The notes: generated from the sequence alone by a model not told the origin. DNA of 64,000 nt from Bacteroides sp. (GCA_014802325.1 JAAVCK010000017.1:50128-114127), one strand, 5' to 3'; positions 16,818 to 26,361 are shown, counted from the first letter of the stretch. Numbers and translations: made by a program.

Positions 16818-18989
16818 ATGTCACTTCACGCAAAACCTATACTCAGCCTCATGGCTGCTATCACAACTACATCGCTCCTGATCGGATGCGGCTCGGGCAG
16901 CGGCTCATTGGCAGGCAAATATCCCGTAGCTCCCTCGTCGGAGACAGTAGATACAATCCACGGTCTCGTGGTGGCCGACCCCTATCGTCCGCTCGAAGAC
17001 GATACCGCCGCACTGACACTCGAATGGGTAAAGCAGGAAAATGCCGTAACGCGCTCGTATCTCGATAAAATTCCCTTCCGCTCCGCAATTAAAGAGCGGC
17101 TCACCCGCCTCAACTCCTACGCCAAGCGCTCGCTCCCGTGGCGCGGTGAAGACGGAAAGTATTATTTCTATTTCAACGACGGCCTCCGGAACCAGTCGGT
17201 ACTCTATCGCGCGTCGACTCCCTACGGCGATGACGCCGAGGTATTTCTCGACCCCAATACACTCAGCGAGGACGGCACGGTGGCTCTCACAGGCGTGAGC
17301 CAAAGCCCCGACGGTAAGTATACTGCCTATACCATATCGCGCGCCGGATCTGACTGGACCGAAATATATGTGATGGAGACCGCTACCGGCAAGCTGCTCG
17401 ACGACCATATCAACTGGGCGAAATTTACCGGCGCCGAATGGACTCCCGACGGATTTTATTACAGCGCATATCCTCGTCCCGAGGCCGGAAAGGAATATTC
17501 GGTAGCCAACGAAAATCATCAGATATATTTCCACCGCATAGGCACCCCGCAGACCGACGACACCGTGGCCTATACCGACCCGGCTCACCCGCTGCACTTC
17601 CACACTGCGCAGGTAGCAGGTAAGAATCAGGAATACCTCTTTGTGCTCGACGGAGGCGAAGGCACAGGCGAGGGCATACGCATGCGCCGCGGAAACTCAT
17701 GGGTCACCGTGGAGCCTACGCAGGACTACAATCACTCGATACTCGGAGTGCTCGACGGTAAGATTTACATCCTGACATCCTACGGAGCGCCCCTGCGCCG
17801 AATCATGACGGCCGACGTGGCTCACCCCGAGCGTGAGAACTGGACCGAACTCATAGCCGAATCCGACGGTGTGATAGCCGACGCCGGCTTTTCGGGCGAC
17901 AATCTCGTAGTGGTGTATGAGCAGGATGCCGCAAATAAACTTGTGGTGTATGACAAGTCGGGTAAAAAGGTTGCGCAGCCCGAACTGCCTGCATCGCCGG
18001 CGTCGATAGCCATAAGCGTTGACCGCAAACATCCCGAAGACTTCTATGTAGGATGCACTACATTTACCTCGCCGCTGCGTGTATACAGTTTCGACGAGAC
18101 AAACGGCAAGGTGACCGACATCACTCCGGCCGAAGCTGACGACAGTGTGCTCGCCACTATCAATCCCGACGATTACGTGACCGAGCAGGTATTCTATCCC
18201 TCGGCCGACGGCACAAAGATACCGATGTTTCTTACCTATAAGAAAGGTCTGAAGCGCGACGGCAGCAACCCTGTATATCTCTACGGCTACGGCGGCTTCA
18301 ATGTGTCGCTCAACCCCGGCTATAGCCCCAACCGAATGCTGTGGCTCGAAAACGGCGGCATCTATGCGCAGACCAATCTGCGCGGTGGCGCCGAGTATGG
18401 AGAGAAATGGCATGAGGCCGGCACGAAGATGAACAAGCTCAATGTGTTTAACGACTTCATAGCCGCAGCCGAATATATGATTTCCGAAGGCTGGACCAAG
18501 CCCGAACTGCTCACGATAGAGGGCGGATCAAACGGCGGTCTGCTCGTGGGCGCGGTGACCAATATGCGTCCCGAGCTCTTCAAGGTGGCCATACCGCGCG
18601 TGGGTGTGATGGATATGATGCGCTACCACCTGTTTACTATCGGATGGAACTGGGCGTCGGACTACGGCACAAGCGCCGACTCGCCCGAGATGGCTGAATA
18701 TCTCTTAGGCTACTCTCCGGCCCATAATATAAAGAACGACGGCACGCCTTATCCCGCTATCCTCGTCACTACGGCTGACCACGACGACCGAGTGGTGCCC
18801 GCCCACTCGTTTAAGTACGCCGCCGCTCTCCAGGCAGCCGATACCGGCGACGCTCCCAAACTCATCCGCATCGACTCCAATGCCGGACATGGAGGCGGTA
18901 AGCCGGTGTCGAAAGTCATCGACGAGTACACCGATATTTATTCGTTTATCTATCAGAATCTCGGCATAACTCCCGATATAAAGAAATAA
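16818..18989 (+). CDS. Prolyl oligopeptidase (S9A), predicted lipoprotein
   Basis: DPYRPLED; catalytic motifs GGSNGG, DHDDRV, AGHGGG; lipobox-like LLIGC. Confidence 0.94.
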   Translation: MSLHAKPILSLMAAITTTSLLIGCGSGSGSLAGKYPVAPSSETVDTIHGLVVADPYRPLEDDTAALTLEWVKQENAVTRSYLDKIPFRSAIKERLTRLNSYAKRSLPWRGEDGKYYFYFNDGLRNQSVLYRASTPYGDDAEVFLDPNTLSEDGTVALTGVSQSPDGKYTAYTISRAGSDWTEIYVMETATGKLLDDHINWAKFTGAEWTPDGFYYSAYPRPEAGKEYSVANENHQIYFHRIGTPQTDDTVAYTDPAHPLHFHTAQVAGKNQEYLFVLDGGEGTGEGIRMRRGNSWVTVEPTQDYNHSILGVLDGKIYILTSYGAPLRRIMTADVAHPERENWTELIAESDGVIADAGFSGDNLVVVYEQDAANKLVVYDKSGKKVAQPELPASPASIAISVDRKHPEDFYVGCTTFTSPLRVYSFDETNGKVTDITPAEADDSVLATINPDDYVTEQVFYPSADGTKIPMFLTYKKGLKRDGSNPVYLYGYGGFNVSLNPGYSPNRMLWLENGGIYAQTNLRGGAEYGEKWHEAGTKMNKLNVFNDFIAAAEYMISEGWTKPELLTIEGGSNGGLLVGAVTNMRPELFKVAIPRVGVMDMMRYHLFTIGWNWASDYGTSADSPEMAEYLLGYSPAHNIKNDGTPYPAILVTTADHDDRVVPAHSFKYAAALQAADTGDAPKLIRIDSNAGHGGGKPVSKVIDEYTDIYSFIYQNLGITPDIKK

Positions 18990-18992
18990 GCC

Positions 18993-19901
18993 ATGCGCAG
19001 GATTCTCTCCATTGCGGCAGCGGCTTCAGCTACGCTCGCGCTCCACTCCTGTTTCACGGGAGTGGAGTCGACTCCGCGTATAGGAGCGGGCGAGGTGCGT
19101 AAGGAGACAGCATCTGCTCCGGTGGAGGACGCGGTGCTCGCCGGGGTCGTGCCCCAACCGTTTGAGCAGTGGACGCCGGGCAAGAGTTTTCTGGTGGAGG
19201 ATTCGAGAATCAGGTTGCTTTTCGGAATCACACTCCCTGCCGGAGCAGATCTGCGCGGCGATACACTATGCTATGCAGGAGCTGTGCGCACCACCGATTT
19301 CGCCGGTAAGCCCGTGACCATACTTAGGTTTAATGACCGCCGTCTCCCCGGCGATACGCTCGAATATCGCGTAGGATCCGAAGCGCGGATAGAACTTCCG
19401 TTTACCGTCGAACTGTCGGTAGTGGACTCGGCTCGCGCACTTCTCACCGGACGCACATTTTATCTGCTAACCCGCAGCCGGCGCGACAGTGCCGACAATA
19501 TAGTGTCGGGGCGCCGATACGTGCCGGTGACAGTGGACAGCGTGATGCCCGGCTCGGCGGTGAATCCCATAAAAATATCGTTTACCGACGACACCGGCTC
19601 ACGAGCATATCTATTCATGCCCGGAGGCGTGGCGGCGGCATCGCCGCGCCGCTTCGGAGCGGTGCTTTCGGTGGCCGATCCGCGCCGCAGGTATCAGCAC
19701 GTGACCGATGAGGTGTGGACCAATATCGTAGACGGAAAAGTAGCGCCCGGAATGACGCGCGACGAGTGCCGCCTGTCGCTCGGCAAGCCGGCATCGGTGG
19801 ACCGCGTGCCCGGATCGAGCTACCTCTACGAGCGGTGGACTTACGACAATGGTATTTATCTCATATTTGAAGATGGCGTGCTGACACAGTTTCGCCGCTG
19901 A
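18993..19901 (+). CDS. Hypothetical lipoprotein with a C-terminal GMT..E..LSLGKP...W.Y module
   Basis: Lipobox LHSC; operon context; C-terminal VAPGMTRDECRLSLGKP...ERWTYDNGIYLIFEDGVL. Confidence 0.75.
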   Translation: MRRILSIAAAASATLALHSCFTGVESTPRIGAGEVRKETASAPVEDAVLAGVVPQPFEQWTPGKSFLVEDSRIRLLFGITLPAGADLRGDTLCYAGAVRTTDFAGKPVTILRFNDRRLPGDTLEYRVGSEARIELPFTVELSVVDSARALLTGRTFYLLTRSRRDSADNIVSGRRYVPVTVDSVMPGSAVNPIKISFTDDTGSRAYLFMPGGVAAASPRRFGAVLSVADPRRRYQHVTDEVWTNIVDGKVAPGMTRDECRLSLGKPASVDRVPGSSYLYERWTYDNGIYLIFEDGVLTQFRR

Positions 19902-19916
19902 AATATCTGCTGAACG

Positions 19917-20696
19917 ATGATGCGACTTACATTTCTGGGCACCGGTACTTCTACCGGCGTACCTACTCCGGCCTGTCATTGCGACGTGTGCCGCTCGACC
20001 GATAGCCGCGACAAGCGCCTGCGAGCGTCGGCCCTCGTGGAGACCGGAGGGAAAAACATACTTATCGACTGCGGTCCTGATTTCCGCTATCAGGCGCTCA
20101 GAGCCGGAATAGAAAGTATCGACGCCGTGCTTGTAACCCATTCCCACTATGATCACGTAGGAGGATTTGACGATCTTCGGGCCTATTGTGCCAAACTGCC
20201 CGACAACCGCATGCCGGTATATTGCACGGCCGATGTGGCTGCGGATTTCCACGCCCGTATTCCATATTGTTTTGCCGAACACCCTTATCCCGGTGTGCCG
20301 AAATTTGACCTGCATATTATCGATACCGAGCCTTTCGGCATAGGTGGGGTAGAGGTGGTGCCTTTCCCTGTGATGCACCGCAATCTGGAGATTCGCGGTT
20401 ACAGGATCGGCCCTATGGCGTATATAACCGACTGTCTGACACTTCCCGAACGATCGCGCGAATTGGTGAGAGGCGTTGACACGCTTGTAATCAATGCGCT
20501 GAGATTTAAGCCTCACTATTCACACATGTCGCTCGCCGAGGCTCTCGCTTTGATAGCCGATTTGCATCCGCGGCGGAGCTATCTCACCCATATGAGCCAC
20601 GATATAGGCTTCCACCGCGATCTTGGCGCGTTGCTTCCTGAGAATGTCAGTCCCGCCTATGACGGTGAGACGGTGGAAATAGACGGTACAGACTGA
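19917..20696 (+). CDS. Metallo-beta-lactamase fold hydrolase (PhnP/YycJ-like)
   Basis: FLGTGTSTGVP, LIDCGPD, THSHYDHVGG, YITD, HMSL, THMSH, AYDG. Confidence 0.92.
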   Translation: MMRLTFLGTGTSTGVPTPACHCDVCRSTDSRDKRLRASALVETGGKNILIDCGPDFRYQALRAGIESIDAVLVTHSHYDHVGGFDDLRAYCAKLPDNRMPVYCTADVAADFHARIPYCFAEHPYPGVPKFDLHIIDTEPFGIGGVEVVPFPVMHRNLEIRGYRIGPMAYITDCLTLPERSRELVRGVDTLVINALRFKPHYSHMSLAEALALIADLHPRRSYLTHMSHDIGFHRDLGALLPENVSPAYDGETVEIDGTD

Positions 20697-20757
20697 TTAT
20701 TACGCACTTTTACACTCTTTTTTTATAAGAATTAGTGATTATATTTAAAAAATTTTT

Positions 20758-20765
20758 TAATTTTG
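20758..20765 (+). promoter_or_regulatory. -7 box TAATTTTG for the Hc1-like gene
   Basis: TAnnTTTG in an AT-rich spacer, 36 bp before ATG 20802. Confidence 0.55.
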
Positions 20766-20801
20766 CCGCATAATCCAATTTTTTTATAATAATCATTGAA
20801 A

Positions 20802-20978
20802 ATGAAAAATTTAGTTGAAAAGATCGCTACTCTTTGCGAAAACTTCGCAAAAGATGCAGTAGCCCAGGTAGAGAGCGGCAACAAAGCTGCCGGCGCCCGC
20901 GCCCGTAAGGTATCTCTCGAACTCGAAAAAGCTATGAAAGAATTCCGCAAACTCTCTATCGAAGAGTCTAAGAAATAA
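20802..20978 (+). CDS. Small histone H1-like (Hc1 family) basic protein
   Basis: 58 aa; GNKAAGARARKVSLELEKAMKEFRKLS matches the Hc1-type signature GNKAAG.RARK. Confidence 0.85.
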   Translation: MKNLVEKIATLCENFAKDAVAQVESGNKAAGARARKVSLELEKAMKEFRKLSIEESKK

Positions 20979-21010
20979 CTTTCTGATCCACACTCAATCC
21001 GTTATATCAT

Positions 21011-21056
21011 AGGGATAAGCCATCAAGAGGTCTCGGCCTCGGGTGGATGTATCCCT
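21011..21056 (+). terminator. Imperfect hairpin after the Hc1-like gene
   Basis: AGGGATA...GAGG-TCTCGG-CCTC...TATCCCT followed by a T-rich tract. Confidence 0.45.
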
Positions 21057-21070
21057 TGATTTGTGTTTGA

Positions 21071-21078
21071 TAGTTTTG
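21071..21078 (+). promoter_or_regulatory. -7 box TAGTTTTG for pyrK-pyrD
   Basis: TAnnTTTG 22 bp upstream of ATG 21101; argues against the TTG 21083 start. Confidence 0.55.
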
Positions 21079-21100
21079 AAATTTGACTGAATTGACTTCA

Positions 21101-21868
21101 ATGAAACAGATACGCGATTTTACGGTTGAGGCCGTGGAGCGTCACGGCGAGATGTATGCCATGCTTACGCTCCGCAGTGCCGACCGAAAGCCGATTCCCG
21201 ACTGCCAGCCCGGCCAGTTTGTGCAGGTGGCGGTGGAGACACCGGGGGTATTTCTGCGCCGCCCGATATCGATCAATTCCGTAGACTCTGCCGCAGGAGT
21301 GCTCACACTTCTGGTGCGCGATGCCGGTAAAGCCACCCACAAACTTATAAATATTACGCCCGGTGACACGGTCAATATAATACTGCCTCTCGGCAAAGGA
21401 TTTACAACCGATATAGCTGCCGGTAGCCGGGTGCTTCTTGCCGGTGGCGGTGTGGGAGTGGCGCCCATGTATTATCTCGGCACCGAACTCAAGCGACTCG
21501 GATTTAAGCCCGAATTTCTGCTCGGTGCCCGCTCGGCATCGCAGCTGCTGATGCTCGACGACTTCCGCAATCTCGGTACGGTGCATGTATGTACCGACGA
21601 CGGCAGCCTCGGCACTCACGGTGTGGTCACTGACCATGAAGTGCTGTCGACGCCGATCGACCGAATCTATTGCTGCGGTCCGGCTCCGATGATGAAAGCC
21701 GTGGCCCGCGTGGCCCGCGATAAGGGCATAGACTGCGAAGTGTCGCTTGAAAATATGATGGCTTGCGGCCTTGGAGCATGCTTGTGTTGCGTCGAGAAAA
21801 CGGTTAAGGGCAATGTGTGTGTGTGCACCGAGGGCCCCGTGTTTAATATTTCAGAACTCACCTGGTAA
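21101..21868 (+). CDS. pyrK: Dihydroorotate dehydrogenase electron transfer subunit
   Basis: PGQFV, LRRPISI, PLGKGF, AGGGVGVAP, CGPAPMM, MACGLGACLCC...CTEGPVF [2Fe-2S] motif. Confidence 0.94.
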   Translation: MKQIRDFTVEAVERHGEMYAMLTLRSADRKPIPDCQPGQFVQVAVETPGVFLRRPISINSVDSAAGVLTLLVRDAGKATHKLINITPGDTVNIILPLGKGFTTDIAAGSRVLLAGGGVGVAPMYYLGTELKRLGFKPEFLLGARSASQLLMLDDFRNLGTVHVCTDDGSLGTHGVVTDHEVLSTPIDRIYCCGPAPMMKAVARVARDKGIDCEVSLENMMACGLGACLCCVEKTVKGNVCVCTEGPVFNISELTW

Positions 21869-21871
21869 ATT

Positions 21872-22777
21872 ATGGCAAAACTTGAAGTAAAACTCGGACA
21901 GCTGACTATGAAAAATCCCGTGGCTACGGCTTCGGGTACTTTTGGTTACGGCGAGGAATATGCACCGTTTATCGACCTTTCGCGTCTGGGCGCGTATATA
22001 GTCAAGGGTACCACGCTGCTTCCGCGCGAGGGAAATCCTTATCCGCGTATGGTGGAGACTCCGTCGGGCATGCTCAATGCCGTAGGTCTGCAAAACAAGG
22101 GCGTGGACTACTTTATCGAACACATCTATCCGCGTATATGCGATGTTGACTCCCGCCTGATAGTCAACGTGTCGGGCTCGAAGATCGAGGACTATGTGGA
22201 GACCGCCCGTCGCCTTGCTCCGCTTGAGGGTGTGGCCGGTATAGAGGTAAATATCTCATGTCCCAACGTCAAGGAGGGTGGTATGGCTTTCGGCACTACA
22301 TGTGAAGGCGCTGCTGAGGTCACCGCCGCCGTCCGCAAGGCTTTTCCGCGTGAGATGATAGTGAAGCTGTCGCCCAACGTGACCAGTATAGCCGACATAG
22401 CACGTGCAGTGGAGGCTGAGGGAGCTGACTCGGTGTCGCTCATCAACACTCTCATGGGTATGGCGATAGATACTGAGCGCCGGCGTCCGTATCTTTCCAC
22501 CGTGACCGGTGGACTGTCAGGTGCGGCCGTGCGTCCGGTGGCTGTGAGGATGGTATGGCAGGTGAAGAAGGCGGTGAAAATTCCCGTGATGGGTCTTGGT
22601 GGTATAATGAACGGCCGCGACGCCATCGAGTTTATGCTTGCCGGAGCCACTGCCGTGCAGGTAGGTACGGCCAACTTCATCGATCCGGCCGTGACGGTGA
22701 AGATCGTGGACTATATCGACGACTGGTGCGAGCGCCACGGCGTGGCAGACGTCAATGAGATAGTCGGCGAAATTTAA
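21872..22777 (+). CDS. pyrD: Dihydroorotate dehydrogenase B catalytic subunit
   Basis: [55 protein letters not shown]. Confidence 0.96.
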   Translation: MAKLEVKLGQLTMKNPVATASGTFGYGEEYAPFIDLSRLGAYIVKGTTLLPREGNPYPRMVETPSGMLNAVGLQNKGVDYFIEHIYPRICDVDSRLIVNVSGSKIEDYVETARRLAPLEGVAGIEVNISCPNVKEGGMAFGTTCEGAAEVTAAVRKAFPREMIVKLSPNVTSIADIARAVEAEGADSVSLINTLMGMAIDTERRRPYLSTVTGGLSGAAVRPVAVRMVWQVKKAVKIPVMGLGGIMNGRDAIEFMLAGATAVQVGTANFIDPAVTVKIVDYIDDWCERHGVADVNEIVGEI

Positions 22778-22797
22778 AGAAATAAATTTTAGAATGG

Positions 22798-22851
22798 AGA
22801 ATTTAGAATGGAAAATTTAAAAAAAACTTTAAATTTTCCATTCTAAATTCT
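22798..22851. terminator. Perfect 24-bp AT-rich inverted repeat, probable bidirectional terminator between convergent pyrD and Fe-ADH
   Basis: AGAATTTAGAATGGAAAATTTAAA (22798-22821) is the reverse complement of TTTAAATTTTCCATTCTAAATTCT (22828-22851). Confidence 0.8.
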
Positions 22852-22867
22852 TTTCTATCTCATTTCA

Positions 22868-24037
22868 TTAAAGAGTGAGTTGGTAGATAAGTCGGGTTTC
22901 GGTGGAAGTGAGGGGATAATATCCGCCTATCACTGCACCCTTGTTGCGGTGGAGACGCTCTACGAGCAGGTCGATATCAGGCTCCTTGACGCCTAACTCA
23001 TCCATCGTAACGGGAAGACCAAGATCCTTGAAGAACTGCTTGAGTTTCATCACGCCTTCGATAGCCGCCTTATGATCGTCGGCTTCGGTCACACCCCATA
23101 TACGGCGTGCGAGCTGCGCACCTTTTTCAGGGTGATTCTTGGCCATGAATGTCATCCATGCAGGAAATACCACTGAAAGTCCGGCACCGTGAGCCACATC
23201 ATATACTGCGCTGATCTCATGTTCCATAGCATGCGATGCCCAGTCTTCCTTTCGGCCTGTGCCGCACACACCGTTGTGGGCCAGCGTGCCGCTCCACATT
23301 ATGTTGGCGCGGGCGTCGTAGTCGGTGGGATTGGCCATCACCTTGGGCGCTTCTTCTATTATAGCCATCAGCACACCCTCGGCCACACGGTCAGTGATCT
23401 CCACACAAGGTGTGTCGGAGAAATAGCGCTCGAAAATGTGAGCCATCATATCGGCTATGCCGCATGCGGTCTGGTAGGGAGGGAGAGTGAATGTCAGTTC
23501 GGGGTTCATCAGCGCGAATTTCGGTCGGAGAGCCACTTCGGTGCGGATAGATATTTTCACCTTACCGTCAATCTTGGTGATTACCGAGTTGCCCGATCCC
23601 TCGCTACCCGCGGCGGGAATAGTGAGTATGACACCCAGAGGCAGAGTATCGCCAATCTCGGCTTTACCTTCAAAGAAGTCCCAGAAGTCGCCCTCATAAG
23701 GCACTCCGGCAGCAATAGCTTTGGCCGTATCGATCACACTTCCACCGCCCACAGCCAGCAGCGCCTCAAGGCCGTCGGCACGCATCATTTCGATACCTTC
23801 ACGCACCTTGTCGTCGGTAGGATTGGGGCGTATGCCTCCGAGCTCTCTCCACTCTACATCAGCTTCGGTGAGCGACTCGCGCACACGGCCGAGCAGACCT
23901 GAAGCTTCGGCTGAGTGTCCGCCGTAGACTATCAAAACCTTGCGGGCAAGCATTGAGGCGGTCAGTTGACCGGCTTGCATCTCCACGCCGCGTCCGAACA
24001 CATATTTGGTCGGAGTCCAAAAAGTGAAATTTTCCAT
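22868..24037 (-). CDS. Iron-containing alcohol dehydrogenase (butanol dehydrogenase BdhA/YqhD-like)
   Basis: FWTPTKYVFG, GIRPNP, AVGGGSVIDTAK, TIPAAGSE, DMMAHIFE, HAMEHEISAVYDVAHGAGL. Confidence 0.93.
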   Translation of the reverse strand: MENFTFWTPTKYVFGRGVEMQAGQLTASMLARKVLIVYGGHSAEASGLLGRVRESLTEADVEWRELGGIRPNPTDDKVREGIEMMRADGLEALLAVGGGSVIDTAKAIAAGVPYEGDFWDFFEGKAEIGDTLPLGVILTIPAAGSEGSGNSVITKIDGKVKISIRTEVALRPKFALMNPELTFTLPPYQTACGIADMMAHIFERYFSDTPCVEITDRVAEGVLMAIIEEAPKVMANPTDYDARANIMWSGTLAHNGVCGTGRKEDWASHAMEHEISAVYDVAHGAGLSVVFPAWMTFMAKNHPEKGAQLARRIWGVTEADDHKAAIEGVMKLKQFFKDLGLPVTMDELGVKEPDIDLLVERLHRNKGAVIGGYYPLTSTETRLIYQLTL

Positions 24038-24047
24038 ATAATATTTA

Positions 24048-24563
24048 TTAATTAATTGCTAATTTTCCGTCGGCGTTAAGGTCGGGGCGACGTTTGAGAA
24101 CAGATGATATTATATCCGACACATCATCGCAGCCTATAAGATAATTCTTGCCATTACTGAGTTCTATCAGATAACAATTATCGGGATTACCGTAAAACGC
24201 CTGATATTTCCCCACTCTGCTATCCTTGAACTGTCCCCAAGTTCCCATCCAGTCGCGCGCTCCGAAAGGGGATTTGGCTGAAGGAGAAGGGACAAAATTC
24301 CTTATGCGTATTATTTCATCAAGAGGTACAGATATGCTCCGCAGAGGGCTCTTGAGACTGATGACGTTATCGGTGAGATGGATTGACACCGGAGAGAAAA
24401 ACAACATCATAATCACCATGAAAACTATCAAACCTAAGAAAATCCACAAATAGGCCATGTCGTCGCGACGCGATGCTCTGAGCCACGCTATGCAGGCGAC
24501 CACAATGATTGAAGCTAACGGTACAAGATAGCTTTTCAAGTTATAACTTACTCTTTTTTTCAT
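24048..24563 (-). CDS. Two-TM membrane protein with bacterial PH-like domain
   Basis: Two N-terminal hydrophobic helices, then SVPLDEI...FGARDWMGTWGQF...YQAFYGNPDNCYLIELSNGKNYLIGC. Confidence 0.7.
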   Translation of the reverse strand: MKKRVSYNLKSYLVPLASIIVVACIAWLRASRRDDMAYLWIFLGLIVFMVIMMLFFSPVSIHLTDNVISLKSPLRSISVPLDEIIRIRNFVPSPSAKSPFGARDWMGTWGQFKDSRVGKYQAFYGNPDNCYLIELSNGKNYLIGCDDVSDIISSVLKRRPDLNADGKLAIN

Positions 24564-24585
24564 AAATCAGTTAAATGCGTTTATG

Positions 24586-24593
24586 CAAAGTTA
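24586..24593 (-). promoter_or_regulatory. -7 box TAACTTTG for PH protein-ADH
   Basis: CAAAGTTA on +, 22 bp upstream of ATG 24563. Confidence 0.65.
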
Positions 24594-24628
24594 CAAATAT
24601 TTGTTGCCTGAAGCAAGTGAAAAATTAT

Positions 24629-24636
24629 TACCTTTG
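24629..24636 (+). promoter_or_regulatory. -7 box TACCTTTG for aspT
   Basis: 24 bp upstream of ATG 24661; supports the shorter start. Confidence 0.65.
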
Positions 24637-24660
24637 CCGGAAAATAAATCAGTTCATATC

Positions 24661-26361
24661 ATGCTCGATTACATTATAAACGTCCTGCGGGATAATCCTA
24701 CAGTACCTATTTTCTTAACGCTTGGAATAGGATTTTGGCTCGGAAATCAGAAATTTAAAGGGTTTTCACTCGGCCCGGTGACTGCTACGCTACTCGTAGG
24801 AGTGCTTATAGGACAGCTCGATATCGTGGTGGGTGAACCGCTCAAAACCGTGAGTTTCATGCTCTTTCTCTTCGCTATAGGTTACAGCGTAGGTCCGCAG
24901 TTTTTCCGCTCGCTCAAGGGCGAGGGGCTCATGCAGGTAGGATTGGCTGTGGTGGAGGGTCTGCTGTGTGTGGCCGTCACTGTGGCGGTAGCTAAAATCA
25001 TGGGCTACAATATAGGCACGGCTGTAGGACTTTTTGCCGGGTCGCAGACTTTCTCGGCGGTGATAGGTGTAGGAGGCGATACGATCAATGCCCTGCCTAT
25101 CGACGATAGTCTCAAGCAGAAATTCATATCCATGATACCTTCGAGCTATGCCGTGACATATATTTTCGGCACGATCGGTTCAGCGTGGGTGATAGCCAAT
25201 TTCGGCCCGATACTTTTAGGTGGCATGGATAAAACCCGACGCGAGATAGCTAAGATAGAGGAGGAGATGGATGAGGGCGAATTTTCGGCTCAGCCCGGAC
25301 TTATCGTCGCCAACCGGCCCATATCGTTCAGAGCCTATCGCGCCGACTCGGTGTATTTCAACCGCTCACGCACGGTCGAGGAAGTCGAGGAGCGGCTCGC
25401 ATCGCTCGGGCACAGGCTTTTCGTAGAGCGTCTCCGCGTGGGGGGCGAAGTGATCGATGCCGAGCCCGACGTGAAGGTACGCCGGGGCGATGTGTTAGTG
25501 ATAGGCGGCCGCCGCGAGACGGTAGTTGACGAGGCCGGAATCATAGGTCCGGAAGTGGTGGACCACGAGCTGCTCAACTTCGAGGCTGAGAATCTGCCTG
25601 TCACCGTGTCAAAGAAAGGCGCGGCCGGAATGACTCTCGGCGAGCTGCGAAAGCAGGACTACATGAGCGGTGTGATGATACGTAGCGTGGTGAGAGATGA
25701 TGTGGTGATTCCGCTCAAGGCACGCACCCGTCTGGAAAAGGGCGATGTGGTGACGCTCGTCGGGCGCCAGGATGAAGTGGCTGTGGCTGTGGGTGAGATA
25801 GGATTCCCTGACCGGCGCACGGAGACTACCGATGTCGTGTTCCTGTCGCTCGGTGTTGCAGTGGGCTGTTTCCTCGGAGCTCTGTGCTATCACTGGGGAG
25901 CGATACCGGTGTCACTCAGCATAAGCGGCGGCGGATTGCTTGCCGGCCTGTTTCTCGGGTGGCTGCGTAACCGCCGGCCTACGTTTGGCCGCATACCGCG
26001 CTCGGTAGTGTGGGTGATGGATAATATGGGACTTAATATGTTCATTGCCATCGTGGGTCTGTCAGCAGGCCCTACCTTTGTCAGCGGCCTGCAGGAGGCC
26101 GGCGTGGGACTGTTCTTCGCCGGAATAGTATGCACGACGCTGCCGCTCATACTCACCATGATCATAGGCAACAAGATATTCAAGTTTCCCATTGCCGTGA
26201 CGCTCGGCTGCGTGGCCGGAGGACGTAATGCCGTGGCCGCACTTGGTGCCATACAGGATAATGTGCAGAGCACGATTCCCGCAATGGGCTACACGGTGAC
26301 CTACGCCGTGGGCAACTTCGTGCTTATCTTCGCCGGAATCGCAGTTGCATTGCTCGTATAA
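24661..26361 (+). CDS. aspT: Aspartate-alanine antiporter (AAE/YidE family, two TrkA-C domains)
   Basis: IFLTLGIG..LG, FLFAIGYSVGPQF, GLFAGSQT, YAVTY.FG, central RCK_C repeats, GCVAGGRN..AAL, GYTVTYAVGN. Confidence 0.85.
   Translation: MLDYIINVLRDNPTVPIFLTLGIGFWLGNQKFKGFSLGPVTATLLVGVLIGQLDIVVGEPLKTVSFMLFLFAIGYSVGPQFFRSLKGEGLMQVGLAVVEGLLCVAVTVAVAKIMGYNIGTAVGLFAGSQTFSAVIGVGGDTINALPIDDSLKQKFISMIPSSYAVTYIFGTIGSAWVIANFGPILLGGMDKTRREIAKIEEEMDEGEFSAQPGLIVANRPISFRAYRADSVYFNRSRTVEEVEERLASLGHRLFVERLRVGGEVIDAEPDVKVRRGDVLVIGGRRETVVDEAGIIGPEVVDHELLNFEAENLPVTVSKKGAAGMTLGELRKQDYMSGVMIRSVVRDDVVIPLKARTRLEKGDVVTLVGRQDEVAVAVGEIGFPDRRTETTDVVFLSLGVAVGCFLGALCYHWGAIPVSLSISGGGLLAGLFLGWLRNRRPTFGRIPRSVVWVMDNMGLNMFIAIVGLSAGPTFVSGLQEAGVGLFFAGIVCTTLPLILTMIIGNKIFKFPIAVTLGCVAGGRNAVAALGAIQDNVQSTIPAMGYTVTYAVGNFVLIFAGIAVALLV

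Noticed and set aside
24583-24660. Upstream start for aspT at 24583
   Set aside because: Spans both divergent promoter boxes; ATG 24661 fits the promoter and the family N-terminus.
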